This document shows positions 12,205-12,797 of a stretch of DNA of 12,797 nucleotides, one piece after another. The translations under genes and the position numbers were made by a program. The stretch comes from Archangium sp. (GTDB lineage: Bacteria; Myxococcota; Myxococcia; Myxococcales; Myxococcaceae): assembly GCA_031367385.1 (NCBI GenBank), contig JANLPS010000436.1:1-12797 (forward strand), in the 5' to 3' direction. A model generated the notes under the pieces. It was not told the origin of the DNA, ran no database searches, and saw nothing but the letters and a program-made list of their open reading frames with translations. Each line of letters starts with the position of its first letter. The first letter of the stretch is position 1.

Positions 12205-12274
12205 GCCTTTGCCGATAGCGGCAATGACAGACATTCTCAAACAATATCTGTTTTGTGTATGGCAGGGTCGACCC

Positions 12275-12601
12275 ATGAATTTCACCGATGTGTTGTCTTC
12301 GGCGGTCACCACGTTGCCGGCGCTGATCATCGAGGTGGTGGGCATCGTGCTCGCGGTGCTGCGGTGGCAGCGGCACCCGCTCGCCTCGCTGCTCTTCGTT
12401 TGCGGCGCCGCGGTGCGGGTGATGGCGACCGTCGGGTACGCCGTGTTGCCCCGGCTGCTGATGGGCACGGGGTCTGGCATGATGCTGCCGCTGCTTGGCG
12501 CGCTGGGTCTGGTGGGCAATGTGGGTCTGGCCCTGGCGGTGGCGGCGGTCTTTGCCGACCGGCCAGAGCGCGGGCCCCAGTTGAACCGCGCGCACCTCTG
12601 A
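12275..12601 (+). CDS. Hypothetical membrane protein (108 aa, about 3 TM helices)
   Basis: ATG 12275 (MNFTDV...). Three hydrophobic segments, with RWQRHP after the first and FADR after the last. Confidence 0.7.
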   Translation: MNFTDVLSSAVTTLPALIIEVVGIVLAVLRWQRHPLASLLFVCGAAVRVMATVGYAVLPRLLMGTGSGMMLPLLGALGLVGNVGLALAVAAVFADRPERGPQLNRAHL

Positions 12602-12618
12602 GCTACTTCGTGGGGCCT

Positions 12619-12797
12619 ATGAACGCTCTCGTGCTCTTGATTGCCCTGTCGACGACTCCTGCGGCCCCTGCTGCTGCTCCGGCTGTGAAATCGGCGGCGC
12701 CTGCGGCGGCTCCGGCGACCGCGCCGATGTCGGTCGAGGGGTGTGGCGGGCAGGGTGAAGCGGGTGAGTGTCACCACGGCGCGAGCTGCGCTGGGGC
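12619..12797 (+). CDS. Putative exported protein, 3'-truncated
   Basis: Not in the ORF track. Manual translation from ATG 12619: MNALVLLIALSTTPAAPAAAPAVKSAAPAAAPATAPMSVEGCGGQGEAGECHHGASCAG..., open to the window end. Confidence 0.6.
   Translation, partial: MNALVLLIALSTTPAAPAAAPAVKSAAPAAAPATAPMSVEGCGGQGEAGECHHGASCAG

Noticed and set aside
11745..12777. Long N-terminal extensions of kynA (to 11954) and the vegA-like ORF (to 12777)
   Set aside because: These are low-complexity Arg/Ser-rich translations overlapping other plausible genes. Recognisable sequence starts at 11744 and 12204.

Overview
GC-rich bacterial chromosomal window, most likely Myxococcota (inferred from a RecA2-like RecA, a VegA-like protein and other myxobacterial-type proteins). 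It is mostly housekeeping genes with small accessory genes between them. In order: a partial ORF, a hypothetical protein, an Ig-like lipoprotein with a sigma54-type promoter, recA, a vapBC toxin-antitoxin pair, a minus-strand run (ileS, a secreted 8-Cys miniprotein, a HAD-IB hydrolase, a tandem Tudor/Agenet-like protein), pterin-4a-carbinolamine dehydratase, a 6x19-bp tandem repeat fused to a REP-like half element, a basic XRE-like protein, zinc-free (C-) rpsN-rpmB, a DUF1636-like protein, a cytochrome P460-like lipoprotein behind a perfect Fur-family palindrome, kynA, a vegA-like gene, a membrane protein and a partial secreted protein. No CRISPR array, tRNA/rRNA, transposase or integrase is visible. 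The best leads are (i) the recA promoter, which carries both a LexA-type box and a PafBC-type motif and is followed by vapBC, (ii) the Fur-boxed P460-like lipoprotein next to the C- ribosomal proteins, (iii) the REP-derived tandem repeat, and (iv) several small proteins with eukaryote-like motifs. All family calls come from motif recognition by eye; no database searches were run.
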